This document shows, in pieces, positions 20,230-29,794 of a DNA stretch of 64,000 bases. The translations under genes and the position numbers were made by a program. How positions within the stretch are numbered: position 1 is the stretch's first letter; every line of letters starts with the position of its first letter. Source of the stretch: Candidatus Avacidaminococcus intestinavium (GTDB lineage Bacteria > Bacillota > Negativicutes > Acidaminococcales > Acidaminococcaceae); contig DVNI01000040.1 of assembly GCA_018714505.1 (NCBI GenBank), positions 13,158-77,157 of the forward strand, given 5' to 3'. The notes beneath the pieces were generated by a model. That model saw only the letters and a program-made list of their open reading frames with translations. It was not told where the DNA came from and searched no databases.

Positions 20230-21084
20230 ATGAAAAAAAGAACCATTAAAAAAATAGTGACAGGACGTAGAACAGAAGACGGCGCTGGGGTAAAATTAGT
20301 GCGCGTGATCAGTCGCCGTGATGCTAAGGAATTTGATCCGTTTTTAATGCTAGATGCGTTTGACTCGGTTGATCCAGCTGATTATACCAAAGGTTTCCCC
20401 TGGCATCCGCATCGTGGTATTGAAACCATTACCTACTTAGTTGAAGGCGAGATTGCTCATGGTGATAGCTTAGGTAATAAAGGTAGTATTTTAAGTGGCG
20501 GTTGTCAGTGGATGACCGCAGGATCCGGAATTATTCATCAAGAAATGCCGAAAGCAAGCCCGCGTATGTTAGGTTTGCAACTTTGGCTTAATTTGCCGGC
20601 TAAAGATAAAATGACCGAGCCTAAGTATAATGATCTTGTACAGAGTGCGATTCCCGTAGCTTGTGATGCGCAAAGTAAAGTACATATTATAGCTGGTACC
20701 TATGCTGATCAACAAGGAGCATTTGCTGGTCAACATATTAAACCTTTGCTTTTAGATGTGGAACTACAACCAAAAACTACCTGGAGCTTACCAGTGCCAC
20801 ATAATGATACGGTATTTTTTTATATTTTAAGTGGAGCAGCGAGCTTTGAAGAAGATGGAGAACTACTCGAAGCAAGGCAAGCCTTGTTGTTTACCGCAGG
20901 CGATCAAATAGAAGTAACGACAGGCGAGCAAGCAGTACGTTTTTTTGTCATGGCGGCATCTCCTTTGCGTGAGCCAATAGCTTGGGGTGGACCGATTGTT
21001 ATGAATACAGATGAAGAATTAGAACTTGCTTTTAAAGAGTTGCAAGATAACACATTTATTAAACATAAAAATATAGTTTTATAA
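20230..21084 (+). CDS. pirin family protein
   Basis: HPHRGIETITYLVEGEIAHGDS cupin metal-binding motif. 284 aa bicupin. Confidence 0.88.
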   Translation: MKKRTIKKIVTGRRTEDGAGVKLVRVISRRDAKEFDPFLMLDAFDSVDPADYTKGFPWHPHRGIETITYLVEGEIAHGDSLGNKGSILSGGCQWMTAGSGIIHQEMPKASPRMLGLQLWLNLPAKDKMTEPKYNDLVQSAIPVACDAQSKVHIIAGTYADQQGAFAGQHIKPLLLDVELQPKTTWSLPVPHNDTVFFYILSGAASFEEDGELLEARQALLFTAGDQIEVTTGEQAVRFFVMAASPLREPIAWGGPIVMNTDEELELAFKELQDNTFIKHKNIVL

Positions 21085-21104
21085 TTAAATAAAGATAGCT
21101 AGAC

Positions 21105-21134
21105 ACCGTTACTACAAAGTAACGGTGATTTTTA
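21105..21134 (+). terminator. rho-independent terminator after the pirin gene
   Basis: CACCGTTACT-ACAA-AGTAACGGTG hairpin followed by ATTTTT. Confidence 0.8.
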
Positions 21135-21156
21135 TGTGAATTAATAAGTTGGAGAA

Positions 21157-21185
21157 TTGACTATACCGTCCAGACGGTATATTAT
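21157..21185 (+). promoter_or_regulatory. promoter with an embedded palindromic operator for the TetR/SMR unit
   Basis: TTGACT (21157-21162), a 17-nt spacer, then TATTAT (21180-21185). The spacer is filled by the palindrome TATACCGTC-CA-GACGGTATA (21162-21181). Confidence 0.65.
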
Positions 21186-21210
21186 ATCTTGGTGATTAGG
21201 AGGTGAGCCG

Positions 21211-21768
21211 ATGGTTAACACAAGCAAAAAAATAACAACGAAAAGACGTATTTTAAAAGCAGCAGCAAAAATTATTAGTGAACGTGGCGTATTTGCTTTG
21301 ACTTTAGATGCGGTAGCTGCTGAAGCACAAATTAGTAAAGGCGGCTTGTTATATCATTTTGCTGGTAAAGATAAGTTGATGCGTGCAATGAAAAATTTTA
21401 TTATGGAAAAGTTTGTACAACAAATTCATGCTTATGCGGCAGTAGATCCTTGCATAGTGGGGCGTTGGACTCGAGGTTATCTTAAAACGACTTTTGAACA
21501 GATTAATACCGATTTAGAAATGAATGCAGCATTTTTATCCGCTGTTGCAACTGATACAACCTTGGTCGAGGAAATGGCAGCGGACTTTAATGAATTAAAA
21601 AAGCATATTGAAAACGATGGCTTAGATCCGCTTAAAGCTAATGTTGTGCGCTTAGCGGTTGACGGTTTATATTATAATCAGCTTTATGGTATTACGCTAA
21701 CCGAGCGTGAGCAAGCACAACTGCTTCCTTATTTATTGGCATTTACTTATGAGGATTCTTCTGCATGA
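21211..21768 (+). CDS. TetR/AcrR family transcriptional regulator
   Basis: N-terminal HTH (ILKAAAKIISERGVFALTLDAVAAEAQISKGGLLYHF). 185 aa. Confidence 0.88.
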   Translation: MVNTSKKITTKRRILKAAAKIISERGVFALTLDAVAAEAQISKGGLLYHFAGKDKLMRAMKNFIMEKFVQQIHAYAAVDPCIVGRWTRGYLKTTFEQINTDLEMNAAFLSAVATDTTLVEEMAADFNELKKHIENDGLDPLKANVVRLAVDGLYYNQLYGITLTEREQAQLLPYLLAFTYEDSSA

Positions 21769-21862
21769 AGGCGTACTTGTCACTAGCGCTTACAGTAATC
21801 CCCTTAAATATTGCTTAAAAAAATAAAACAAGGATCAGTGTAAGATAGAGAGGTGAATAGTT

Positions 21863-22174
21863 GTGGAATGGCTTTATTTATTAATTGCTGGTAGCTTTGA
21901 AATTGTGTGGGCAATAGGACTCAAAGCATCACATGGTTTTACGCGTGTGGGCTTTAGTATTTTGACTTTAGTAGGCATGATTATCAGTGTTTATTTCTTA
22001 TCGCTGGCTTTAAAAGTTCTACCTTTAGGTACGGCTTATGCGATTTGGACAGGCATTGGTATTGTGGGAACAGTCATCGTAGGTATCCTCTTGTTTGATG
22101 AACCAGTTACAGCAATTAGATTAACTAGTATTGCTTTAATAGGTTGTGGTATAGCAGGGCTTAAATTATTTTAA
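21863..22174 (+). CDS. sugE: SMR family small multidrug/guanidinium exporter (SugE/Gdx-like)
   Basis: 103 aa with 4 TM segments. MEWLYLLIAGSFEIVWAIGLK carries the conserved membrane-embedded Glu. GTG start after GAGAGGTG. Confidence 0.85.
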   Translation: MEWLYLLIAGSFEIVWAIGLKASHGFTRVGFSILTLVGMIISVYFLSLALKVLPLGTAYAIWTGIGIVGTVIVGILLFDEPVTAIRLTSIALIGCGIAGLKLF

Positions 22175-22184
22175 ATTTAGAGAG

Positions 22185-22238
22185 AAAAAACTTTGGAACT
22201 TTATACTTAAGTTCCAAAGTTTTTTTCTTTTTTTTTGA
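22185..22238 (+). terminator. rho-independent terminator after the SMR gene
   Basis: CTTTGGAACT..AGTTCCAAAG stem extended by A/T pairs, followed by a long T-run. Confidence 0.85.
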
Positions 22239-22323
22239 GTTAGGGGCAGCGAATAAAGGAAAGTAAGCAAATAGGGCGAACTATATATAACTAAGATTAC
22301 AAAAAAAGGAGGATTAGCATCAG

Positions 22324-23583
22324 ATGGGTATGACAATGAGTGAGAAAATTTTGGCCCGCGCGGCAAAATTATCAACGGTCAAGGCTGGTCAAATTGTGAT
22401 GGCTAAGGTTGATAAGGCTATGATGGATGATCTTTTAGGACCACGTGTGGAGATTGCCGATCAAATGGAAAGATTGGGAGCAAAAATCTGGGATCCGGAA
22501 CGAGTAATTATTATTTCGGACCATTATACACCACCGGCAACAGCAGCGCAGGCTGATATTGTCAAATACACACGTGACTGGTCGAAAGCTAAAGGAATTA
22601 AAAACTATTATGAATTTATAGGTCCTTGCCATCAGATTATGATTGAGAAGGGACATACCTTACCAGGAGAAGTGATTGTCGGGACGGACTCTCATTCTTG
22701 TTCTTATGGCGCGGTAGGTGCATTTGCTACCGGTATTGGGTCAACGGAGATGCTTGGCGTTTTGATGATGGGAGAAATCTGGCTCAAAGTGCCGGAAACA
22801 ATTCGCGTCAAGTGGAAGGGACAGTTGGCTAAAGGTGTTATGGCTAAAGATCTTTCTTTGCATACGATTAAACATATTGGTCATGCGGGGGCTACTTACA
22901 AAACAGTAGAGTATGTAGGTGCAGGCATTGCCGCATTGCCCATGGATGAAAGAATTTGTATTGCTAATATGGCAGTAGAAATGGGAGCGAAAGCAGGTTT
23001 AATGGAGTATGATGAAGTAACGGCTGCCTATCTTAAGGAAATAGGAGTAACGGCGTCATTTACAGCACTTAAAAGTGATCCAAACGCTAATTTTGTAGCT
23101 GACTTGGAGTTTGACGCAAGTACGTTAGTACCGCAGATTGCCTGCCCTCATGAAGTTGATAATGTAACAGACATTGGTAATGTAAAACAAAAAATCGAAC
23201 AAGCCTATCTGGGGTCTTGTACGGGTGGACGTTATACGGATCTTAAAATTGCAGCGGAAATTTTAAAAGGACGCAAGGTTGCAGAAGGGATTCGTTTACT
23301 CGTTTCAGCAGCTTCAGCTTCTATCTACCAACAGTGTTTGCGTGACGGTATTATCGCAGATCTAGCTGAAGCAGGTGCCATTATTTTGCCGGCAACTTGT
23401 GGTGCTTGCCTTGGTTTGCATTCAGGAACAATCGGGGCAGGAGAAACCTGTATTTCTGCTACTAATCGTAATTTTATTGGTCGTATGGGTAGTAAAAAAT
23501 CATTTGTGTATCTTGGTTCTCCAGCAACGGTAGCAGCGAGTGCGATTACTGGCGAGATAACTGATCCACGTGAATTTTTGTAG
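22324..23583 (+). CDS. aconitase-family dehydratase large subunit (LeuC/HacA type, 3-isopropylmalate/homoaconitate/citramalate-class)
   Basis: 419 aa short-type large subunit. GTDSHS, and [4Fe-4S] ligand cysteines in GSCTGG and PATCGACLG. Confidence 0.82.
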   Translation: MGMTMSEKILARAAKLSTVKAGQIVMAKVDKAMMDDLLGPRVEIADQMERLGAKIWDPERVIIISDHYTPPATAAQADIVKYTRDWSKAKGIKNYYEFIGPCHQIMIEKGHTLPGEVIVGTDSHSCSYGAVGAFATGIGSTEMLGVLMMGEIWLKVPETIRVKWKGQLAKGVMAKDLSLHTIKHIGHAGATYKTVEYVGAGIAALPMDERICIANMAVEMGAKAGLMEYDEVTAAYLKEIGVTASFTALKSDPNANFVADLEFDASTLVPQIACPHEVDNVTDIGNVKQKIEQAYLGSCTGGRYTDLKIAAEILKGRKVAEGIRLLVSAASASIYQQCLRDGIIADLAEAGAIILPATCGACLGLHSGTIGAGETCISATNRNFIGRMGSKKSFVYLGSPATVAASAITGEITDPREFL

Positions 23584-23595
23584 GAGGTGCTTTAG

Positions 23596-24096
23596 ATGAG
23601 CTTACTTGAAGGAAAGGCTTGGAAATACGGAGACAATATTAATACTGATATTATTTCACCAGCGGCGTATATGGAGTTTAGTATAGCTGAGGCTGCTCCT
23701 CATACGATGAGTCCTATTGATGAAACTTTTGGTAAAGAATATCGACCGGGTGATATTTTTGTTGCGGGGCATAATCTTGGTTCGGGCTCAAGTCGAGAGA
23801 CCGCGCCACTAGTTCTAAAAGAGCTTGGCGTGGGCGTGATTATTGCTAAATCTTATGCACGCATTTTTTATCGTAATTGTATTAACGTTGGTATTTTAAC
23901 AATTGAATGCCAAGAGACTGATAAAATTAGCAAAGGTGATGTACTAGCGGTGGACTATGAGCAAGGTATTATTTTTAATAAAACGACCGGTGAACAGTAT
24001 GTCGCAGGACCGATTCCCGCACATATTGCAAAGCTCGTGGCACAAGGAGGTCTCATTCCTTATCTGGAGCATTGGCAGGCTGCGCAGCAAGGCTAA
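23596..24096 (+). CDS. aconitase-family dehydratase small subunit (LeuD/HacB type)
   Basis: 166 aa. NTDIISPA and GSGSSRE motifs. It follows the large subunit after 12 nt, with a GGAGGTG RBS. Confidence 0.82.
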   Translation: MSLLEGKAWKYGDNINTDIISPAAYMEFSIAEAAPHTMSPIDETFGKEYRPGDIFVAGHNLGSGSSRETAPLVLKELGVGVIIAKSYARIFYRNCINVGILTIECQETDKISKGDVLAVDYEQGIIFNKTTGEQYVAGPIPAHIAKLVAQGGLIPYLEHWQAAQQG

Positions 24097-24257
24097 AAAA
24101 GAGCAGTATAAATGTAGTACTTTATTTAGCAGTGGGACGGACAAGATGCCAGCTGGGTGAAAATTGTACAAATGAAGAAAATTGTATATAATGTAGGAGA
24201 TTATATATTAAGAAGCTTTCAATTATAGGAAACTTCTTCAGAAAAGGAGATGTCTAA

Positions 24258-25304
24258 ATGAAAATCAAGGCATTAGCAGCACTGACAATGGCCGGTATGA
24301 TGATGTTTATGGCAGGCTGTGGAGGCGGCGGTGACAAGAAGACAGGAGAAGGAACAGCAGAAGAAAAAGTACTTACCGTTTATTCGGCAAGAAGTGAATC
24401 TTTAAATAATGCTGTTATTCCAAAATTTGAAAAAGCCACTGGCATCAAAGTTAATCTCGTTGTTGCAGGAACAGGTGAAGTTTTAAAAAGGGTTAATTCC
24501 GAGAAAGCAAACCCACTTGGTGATGTTTTGTGGGCAGCTGATGAAACCATGCTCTCTGGTTCTAAAGATCTATTTATGGAATATGTTTCTAAAGAAAATG
24601 ATCAGATGATGGATGCTTTTAAGAATAAACATGGTGTTTTTACTCCAGCTTTTGCTGATCCAACGGTGATGATCGTTAATACAGAATTGCAGGGAGATAT
24701 CAAAATTGAAGGATTTGCTGATCTTTTGAATCCAGCTCTAAAAGGTAAAATTGCTTTTGGTGATCCGGTTAACTCCAGCTCTGCCTTCCAATCTTTGATG
24801 GCGATGTTATATGCTAATGGCAAAGATGGTGATCCAATGTCTGAAGAAGCCTGGGATTATGTAAGTAAATTTATTGCAAACCTTGATGGTAAAATGGCCA
24901 ATAGCTCAAGTCAAGTTTATAAAGGTGTAGCTGGCGGCGAGTACGTGGTTGGCCTAACTTGGGAAGATCCTGCTGCTAGCCTAGTGAAAAACGGTGCTAA
25001 GGTAGCGGTAGTATTTCCGACAGAAGGCGCTATTTTCCCTGGTGAATCGGTGCAAATTATTAAGAATAGCAAGCATCCTGAGAATGCTAAAAAATTTGTA
25101 GACTTTATGCTAAGTGAAGAAATTCAAAGTGCTATTGGTAAAGAGTTAACGGTACGACCTTTACGTAAAGGCGTGGAACTTGCAGATTATATGACTCCAA
25201 TTGATAAAATAAAATTGACTTCTAATTATGATGAAGCCTGGGTTGCTGCCAATAAAGCAGAAATCTCTAAAAAATTCAGCGAACAGTTAGAAAAATCGAT
25301 GTAA
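24258..25304 (+). CDS. ABC transporter substrate-binding lipoprotein (Fe3+/thiamine/polyamine-type family)
   Basis: Lipobox signal peptide (MMMFMAGC followed by GGGGD). 348 aa. By-eye resemblance to FbpA/AfuA-type binding proteins. Confidence 0.8.
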   Translation: MKIKALAALTMAGMMMFMAGCGGGGDKKTGEGTAEEKVLTVYSARSESLNNAVIPKFEKATGIKVNLVVAGTGEVLKRVNSEKANPLGDVLWAADETMLSGSKDLFMEYVSKENDQMMDAFKNKHGVFTPAFADPTVMIVNTELQGDIKIEGFADLLNPALKGKIAFGDPVNSSSAFQSLMAMLYANGKDGDPMSEEAWDYVSKFIANLDGKMANSSSQVYKGVAGGEYVVGLTWEDPAASLVKNGAKVAVVFPTEGAIFPGESVQIIKNSKHPENAKKFVDFMLSEEIQSAIGKELTVRPLRKGVELADYMTPIDKIKLTSNYDEAWVAANKAEISKKFSEQLEKSM

Positions 25305-25325
25305 AATGCTGTAAGTTGACAGAAC

Positions 25326-25357
25326 AAAAGGGCTCTTTTAAGAGCCCTTTTGTTTTT
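25326..25357 (+). terminator. intra-operon hairpin and T-run between the binding-protein and ATPase genes
   Basis: AAAAGGGCTCT-TTTA-AGAGCCCTTTT followed by GTTTTT. Probably partial termination that gives excess binding-protein mRNA. Confidence 0.65.
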
Positions 25358-25391
25358 ATCATCAAGTCATTTAACGAAAGTGGGAGTTTAT

Positions 25392-26504
25392 GTGAGCGTT
25401 GCAATTAATATAGAAGAAGTAACAAAGATTTTTGGTAAAGATACGATTATTGCGGGTTTGTCGCTTGATATTAAACCCGGTGAGTTTTTCACCTTACTTG
25501 GACCTTCTGGATGTGGAAAAACAACATTATTAAGGATGATTATCGGTTTTAATAGTATTGACGATGGTCAAATTTCTGTTGATGGAAAAATTATTAATGA
25601 CATTCCTACTAATTTGCGTAATATGGGGATGGTTTTTCAAAATTATGCTATTTTTCCACATATGTCGGTTAAAGAGAACGTTGCTTTTGGTCTTAAAAAC
25701 CGTAAAGTGCCAAAAGATGAAATTGCTAGACGCGTAGAAGAAATCTTAGATACTGTTAAAATTAAACATTTAAAAGATCGGATGCCTAATCAATTGTCTG
25801 GTGGTCAGCAGCAACGTGTAGCATTAGCTAGAGCGATTGTTATTCATCCTGAAGTTTTGCTTATGGATGAACCGTTAAGCAATTTAGATGCCAAACTACG
25901 TGTAGAAATGCGTAATGCGATTAAATTAATTCAAAAAGAAATTGGTATTACGACGATTTATGTTACCCATGATCAAGAAGAAGCACTAGCCGTTTCGGAT
26001 CGTATTGCCGTAATGCATGGTGGTGTTATTCAACAAATCGGAACACCACAGGAAATTTATAAACGACCAAGTAATACTTTTGTCGCTACGTTTATTGGTC
26101 TTTCAAATATCTTAAAGGCAACGATTGGTGAGCAAAAAGGCGTAAAAGTTTTAGAGTTTTCCGATTATAAGGTACCGATGACGAACTTAAGTCCAGAAGT
26201 TAAAGTTGGTGATGAGGTAATTGTATCGGCAAGACCCGAAGAAATATTTATTGATCCTCTTGCTCAAGCAGGGATTGCTGCTAAGCTCAAGTATAAGGTT
26301 TTTCTGGGCGTGAATACGCATTATTTCCTGGAAGGAGCAAATGGACAGGAATTAGAAGTCATCCAAAATACAGAACTCGCTGGTGGCGAAGAAGTAGAGG
26401 CAGTAAAGCTAGTTCTTGATGCAGCCAAAATAAATGTTTTTACCGCTGATGGCAGCCAGAGTTTATTGGCAGGAGGTTATCGTAATGAAACCGCAAGGCT
26501 TTGA
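25392..26504 (+). CDS. ABC transporter ATP-binding protein (FbpC/PotA type with a C-terminal TOBE-like domain)
   Basis: Walker A GPSGCGKTT, signature LSGGQQQR, Walker B LLMDEPLSNLD. GTG 25392 follows a GGGAG RBS; the track start at TTG 25350 is probably too early. Confidence 0.88.
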   Translation: MSVAINIEEVTKIFGKDTIIAGLSLDIKPGEFFTLLGPSGCGKTTLLRMIIGFNSIDDGQISVDGKIINDIPTNLRNMGMVFQNYAIFPHMSVKENVAFGLKNRKVPKDEIARRVEEILDTVKIKHLKDRMPNQLSGGQQQRVALARAIVIHPEVLLMDEPLSNLDAKLRVEMRNAIKLIQKEIGITTIYVTHDQEEALAVSDRIAVMHGGVIQQIGTPQEIYKRPSNTFVATFIGLSNILKATIGEQKGVKVLEFSDYKVPMTNLSPEVKVGDEVIVSARPEEIFIDPLAQAGIAAKLKYKVFLGVNTHYFLEGANGQELEVIQNTELAGGEEVEAVKLVLDAAKINVFTADGSQSLLAGGYRNETARL

Positions 26505-28146
26505 TATCTGGCGGGGCATAGCGTTAGCAATCTTAGGCTTTTTTGTGCTGTTTGTTGCCTATCCCTTAGTGCAGGTTTTATATAAGAGCATTTTAGCACC
26601 AGACACGACGACTCTAACTCTCACAGGAGATTATTTTGTGAAGTTTTTCTCGCGTAAATATTATTGGAGTACGTTAGTTAATAGTTTTTATGTTACTGTG
26701 GCTTCCACCTTATTGGCTTCATTAATTGGTTTACCTATGGCATATTTACTGCGTAGTTATAAGGTTCCAGGTAGTAAATATTTGAATATTTTGATTGTTA
26801 TTTCTTATTTGTCGCCACCCTTTATTGGTGCTTATGCGTGGATTCAATTATTTGGTCGCAGTGGTTTTTTAACGAGTTTTTTAAGTGAAACCTTTGGCTT
26901 ACAAATGCCTAGTATTTATGGGTTTACAGGAATCGTACTAGTTTTTTCTCTGCAAAGTTTTCCGCTTATTTATATGTACGTTTCAGGAGCCTTAAAGAAC
27001 TTAGATAGTTCTTTAAATGAGGCAGCAGAGAGCCTTGGTTTGAATGCTTTTCAACGAGTTACAAAGATCATTTTGCCGCTTGTCATGCCCTCGCTACTCG
27101 CTGGTGCACTCTTAGTTTTTATGCGTGTTTTCAGCGATTTTGGCACACCAATGTTGATTGGTGAAGGGTATCGTACTTTTCCTGTTTTGATTTATACTCA
27201 GTTCATGGGGGAAGTCAGTACAGATGATCATTTCGCCGCTGCTTTGTGCGTAATTATTATAGCTATTACCTTATTATTATTTTTTATGCAAAGATATGTG
27301 GCGAGTAAATATGCTTACTCGATGACCGCCTTAAAACCCATGGAACAAGTAAAAGCAACTGGGAGTCGCAAAATCTTTACGTATCTTTTTGTATACGGCA
27401 TTGCTTTGCTTGCTATTTTGCCACAATTAACGGTTATTTACACTTCGTTTCTAGAAACTAGTGGTGGAACCGTTTATACTGGTGCTTTTAGCCTTGCCAA
27501 TTATGAAAACACCTTACTAGCTAAAGATAACGACTCGATTCTTAATACATATATTTTTGGACTGTGTGCAATTTCGATTGTTGTGGTGTTTGGTGTCTTA
27601 GTTGCCTACTTAACCGCACGCAAAAAATCTTTTATTACGGAAACACTAGATACAATGACGATGTTTCCTTATATTATTCCAGGGTCGGTGCTTGGTATTG
27701 CCTTTTTATATGCGTTTAATACACCGCCGTTTCTTTTAAGTGGGACAGCGCTTATTATTGTCTTAGCGCTCGCTATACGCAGAATGCCCTACACTATTAG
27801 GTCTAGTACTGCTATTATTTCCCAAATCAGCCCTAGTGTTGAAGAAGCTGCAATTAGTTTGGGTTCTACGGAATTTCAATCTTTTCGAAAAGTTACAGTA
27901 CCGATGATGTTACCAGGTGTTATGGCTGGAGCAATTATGAGCTGGATAACGTTAATTAGTGAATTAAGTTCATCGATTATTCTTTACACTAGTGCCACAA
28001 GTACGCTAACGGTGGCGATTTATGCAGAAGTTATTCGAAGTAACTTTGGTAATGCAGCGGCTTATTCGACAATCTTGACGCTCACCTCAATTATTTCTTT
28101 GCTGGTTTTCTTTAAACTTACAAAAAACAAAGATATTAGCGTCTAA
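26485..28146 (+). CDS. ABC transporter permease, duplicated (two-domain FbpB/ThiP-like)
   Basis: About 553 aa with about 12 TM segments and two EAA-like loops (EAAESLG and EEAAISLG). GGAGG RBS precedes ATG 26485, which overlaps the end of the ATPase gene. Confidence 0.85.
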   Translation: MKPQGFDIWRGIALAILGFFVLFVAYPLVQVLYKSILAPDTTTLTLTGDYFVKFFSRKYYWSTLVNSFYVTVASTLLASLIGLPMAYLLRSYKVPGSKYLNILIVISYLSPPFIGAYAWIQLFGRSGFLTSFLSETFGLQMPSIYGFTGIVLVFSLQSFPLIYMYVSGALKNLDSSLNEAAESLGLNAFQRVTKIILPLVMPSLLAGALLVFMRVFSDFGTPMLIGEGYRTFPVLIYTQFMGEVSTDDHFAAALCVIIIAITLLLFFMQRYVASKYAYSMTALKPMEQVKATGSRKIFTYLFVYGIALLAILPQLTVIYTSFLETSGGTVYTGAFSLANYENTLLAKDNDSILNTYIFGLCAISIVVVFGVLVAYLTARKKSFITETLDTMTMFPYIIPGSVLGIAFLYAFNTPPFLLSGTALIIVLALAIRRMPYTIRSSTAIISQISPSVEEAAISLGSTEFQSFRKVTVPMMLPGVMAGAIMSWITLISELSSSIILYTSATSTLTVAIYAEVIRSNFGNAAAYSTILTLTSIISLLVFFKLTKNKDISV

Positions 28147-28161
28147 TGCTAAAAGTAAAAT

Positions 28162-28219
28162 AAAGGGGCGCTTCTTTTATGTTGAAATTGCAACATAAAA
28201 GAAGCGCCCCTTTACTTTG
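28162..28219 (+). terminator. strong rho-independent terminator after the ABC operon
   Basis: 23-bp perfect stem AAAGGGGCGCTTCTTTTATGTTG / CAACATAAAAGAAGCGCCCCTTT followed by ACTTT. Confidence 0.85.
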
Positions 28220-28301
28220 TTATAAAATTTGTATCAAAAGATCCTTCCCCTTGTTATAATTAAAATATAAACGAATAGCAGTCAGCTAAGAAGGAGAAAA
28301 A

Positions 28302-28751
28302 ATGTTATATTATGTATTAGCGGCACTTGCTGGTGCGACAATAACTACGCAAGTAGGGATGAATACTAAACTGTTGAGTTATCTTGGTAGCCCTATCTTG
28401 ACGGCTTTTTTTAGTTTTTTGGTGGGAACGCTAGGCTTGGGTAGTATTTATTTGGTGGCAGCTTATTATGGCTGGCAGAGCATTCCTGCTCTTAGTGTAT
28501 TTAGTGGTCCGTCTTTGTGGATGTGGTTAGGTGGCTTATTAGGAGGTTTTTATATTTTTACAACGGTTTTTGTAACACCCAAAATTGGTTTTGCTAATAT
28601 GTTTAGTTTGGTAGTAGCAGGGCAAATTATTTTAGCCGTTATTTTTGATCACTTCGGTTTTATTACAGGAACGCTACATAGTGTAACGCAATTACGCTTA
28701 TTAGGCATAGCTTTTTTAATTATTGGTGTGTATCTTATTCAAACAAATTGA
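28302..28751 (+). CDS. DMT-superfamily membrane protein (DUF606/YdcZ-like)
   Basis: 149 aa with 5 TM segments. The N-terminus ALAGATITTQVGMNTKL resembles the YdcZ family. Confidence 0.65.
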   Translation: MLYYVLAALAGATITTQVGMNTKLLSYLGSPILTAFFSFLVGTLGLGSIYLVAAYYGWQSIPALSVFSGPSLWMWLGGLLGGFYIFTTVFVTPKIGFANMFSLVVAGQIILAVIFDHFGFITGTLHSVTQLRLLGIAFLIIGVYLIQTN

Positions 28752-28804
28752 GTGCTTTGTAACTTACAATAAAGAAAATAGCTGATGAGCAGGAGGTGCT
28801 AAAA

Positions 28805-29794
28805 ATGCGTGCAAGCATGCAAAAATTACAGTATAAAACTATATATTTAGCTGGCGGATGTTTTTGGGGAATTGAGAAATATTTACGTTTGATAAATGGT
28901 GTTGTTGATACCGAAGTTGGTTATGCTAATGGTATAACCAGCCGTCCGACCTATGAAGAAGTCTGTGAGGGCCAGACCGGCCATGCTGAAACAGTTAAAG
29001 TTATTTATGACACGCAAGTTATTGAGCTAAAAGAGCTTTTAGGATTATTTTATGAAGTGATCGATCCACTTAGCGTGAATCGACAAGGTAATGATAGCGG
29101 TGTGCAGTATCGTAGTGCTATTTTTTATGAAACGGCAGAAGATGCTCTTATTATCAATAAATCCTTAAAAGAATTAGGACGGGAATATCCGCAACCACTT
29201 GCGTTAGTTAGTGAACAACTGGATAATTACTATCCAGCCGAAGAATATCACCAAAGATATTTAGAGAAAAATCCAGCAGGATATTGTCATCTTGACGATA
29301 AGCAGTTTGCCCAAGCAAGTAAGTGGCAACCCGAAAAGTCAGAAGCAACAAAACTTAAAGAGCGGTTAACCCCTTTACAATATGATGTGACCCAAAATAA
29401 TGCAACAGAACTTGCTTTTAAAAATGAATATTGGCAAAATTTTAAAGAAGGCATTTATGTTGATATTGTTAGTGGTGAACCATTATTCTTTTCTCATGAT
29501 AAATTTGAATCGGGATGTGGCTGGCCAAGCTTTGCGAAACCCATCAGCAACAGTGTTTTACGCGAACTTGAAGATAATACCTATGGTATGAAACGGATAG
29601 AAGTTCGCGGAAGTAAAAGCGATAGTCATTTGGGACATGTTTTTACTGATGGACCTCAAGAACGAGGAGGTCTGCGCTATTGCATTAATAGTGCTGCCTT
29701 AAAGTTTATTCCTAAAGCGCAGATGCGTGAAGAAGGTTATGCAGACCTCTTGCCATTGTTCGAAAAAAGAGAAACTAATGATGATCTTACCTGA
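28805..29794 (+). CDS. msrAB: bifunctional peptide-methionine (S)- and (R)-S-oxide reductase MsrA/MsrB
   Basis: MsrA active site GGCFWG in the N-terminal half. MsrB motifs GCGWPSF and RYCINS in the C-terminal half. AGGAGG precedes ATG 28805. Confidence 0.92.
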   Translation: MRASMQKLQYKTIYLAGGCFWGIEKYLRLINGVVDTEVGYANGITSRPTYEEVCEGQTGHAETVKVIYDTQVIELKELLGLFYEVIDPLSVNRQGNDSGVQYRSAIFYETAEDALIINKSLKELGREYPQPLALVSEQLDNYYPAEEYHQRYLEKNPAGYCHLDDKQFAQASKWQPEKSEATKLKERLTPLQYDVTQNNATELAFKNEYWQNFKEGIYVDIVSGEPLFFSHDKFESGCGWPSFAKPISNSVLRELEDNTYGMKRIEVRGSKSDSHLGHVFTDGPQERGGLRYCINSAALKFIPKAQMREEGYADLLPLFEKRETNDDLT

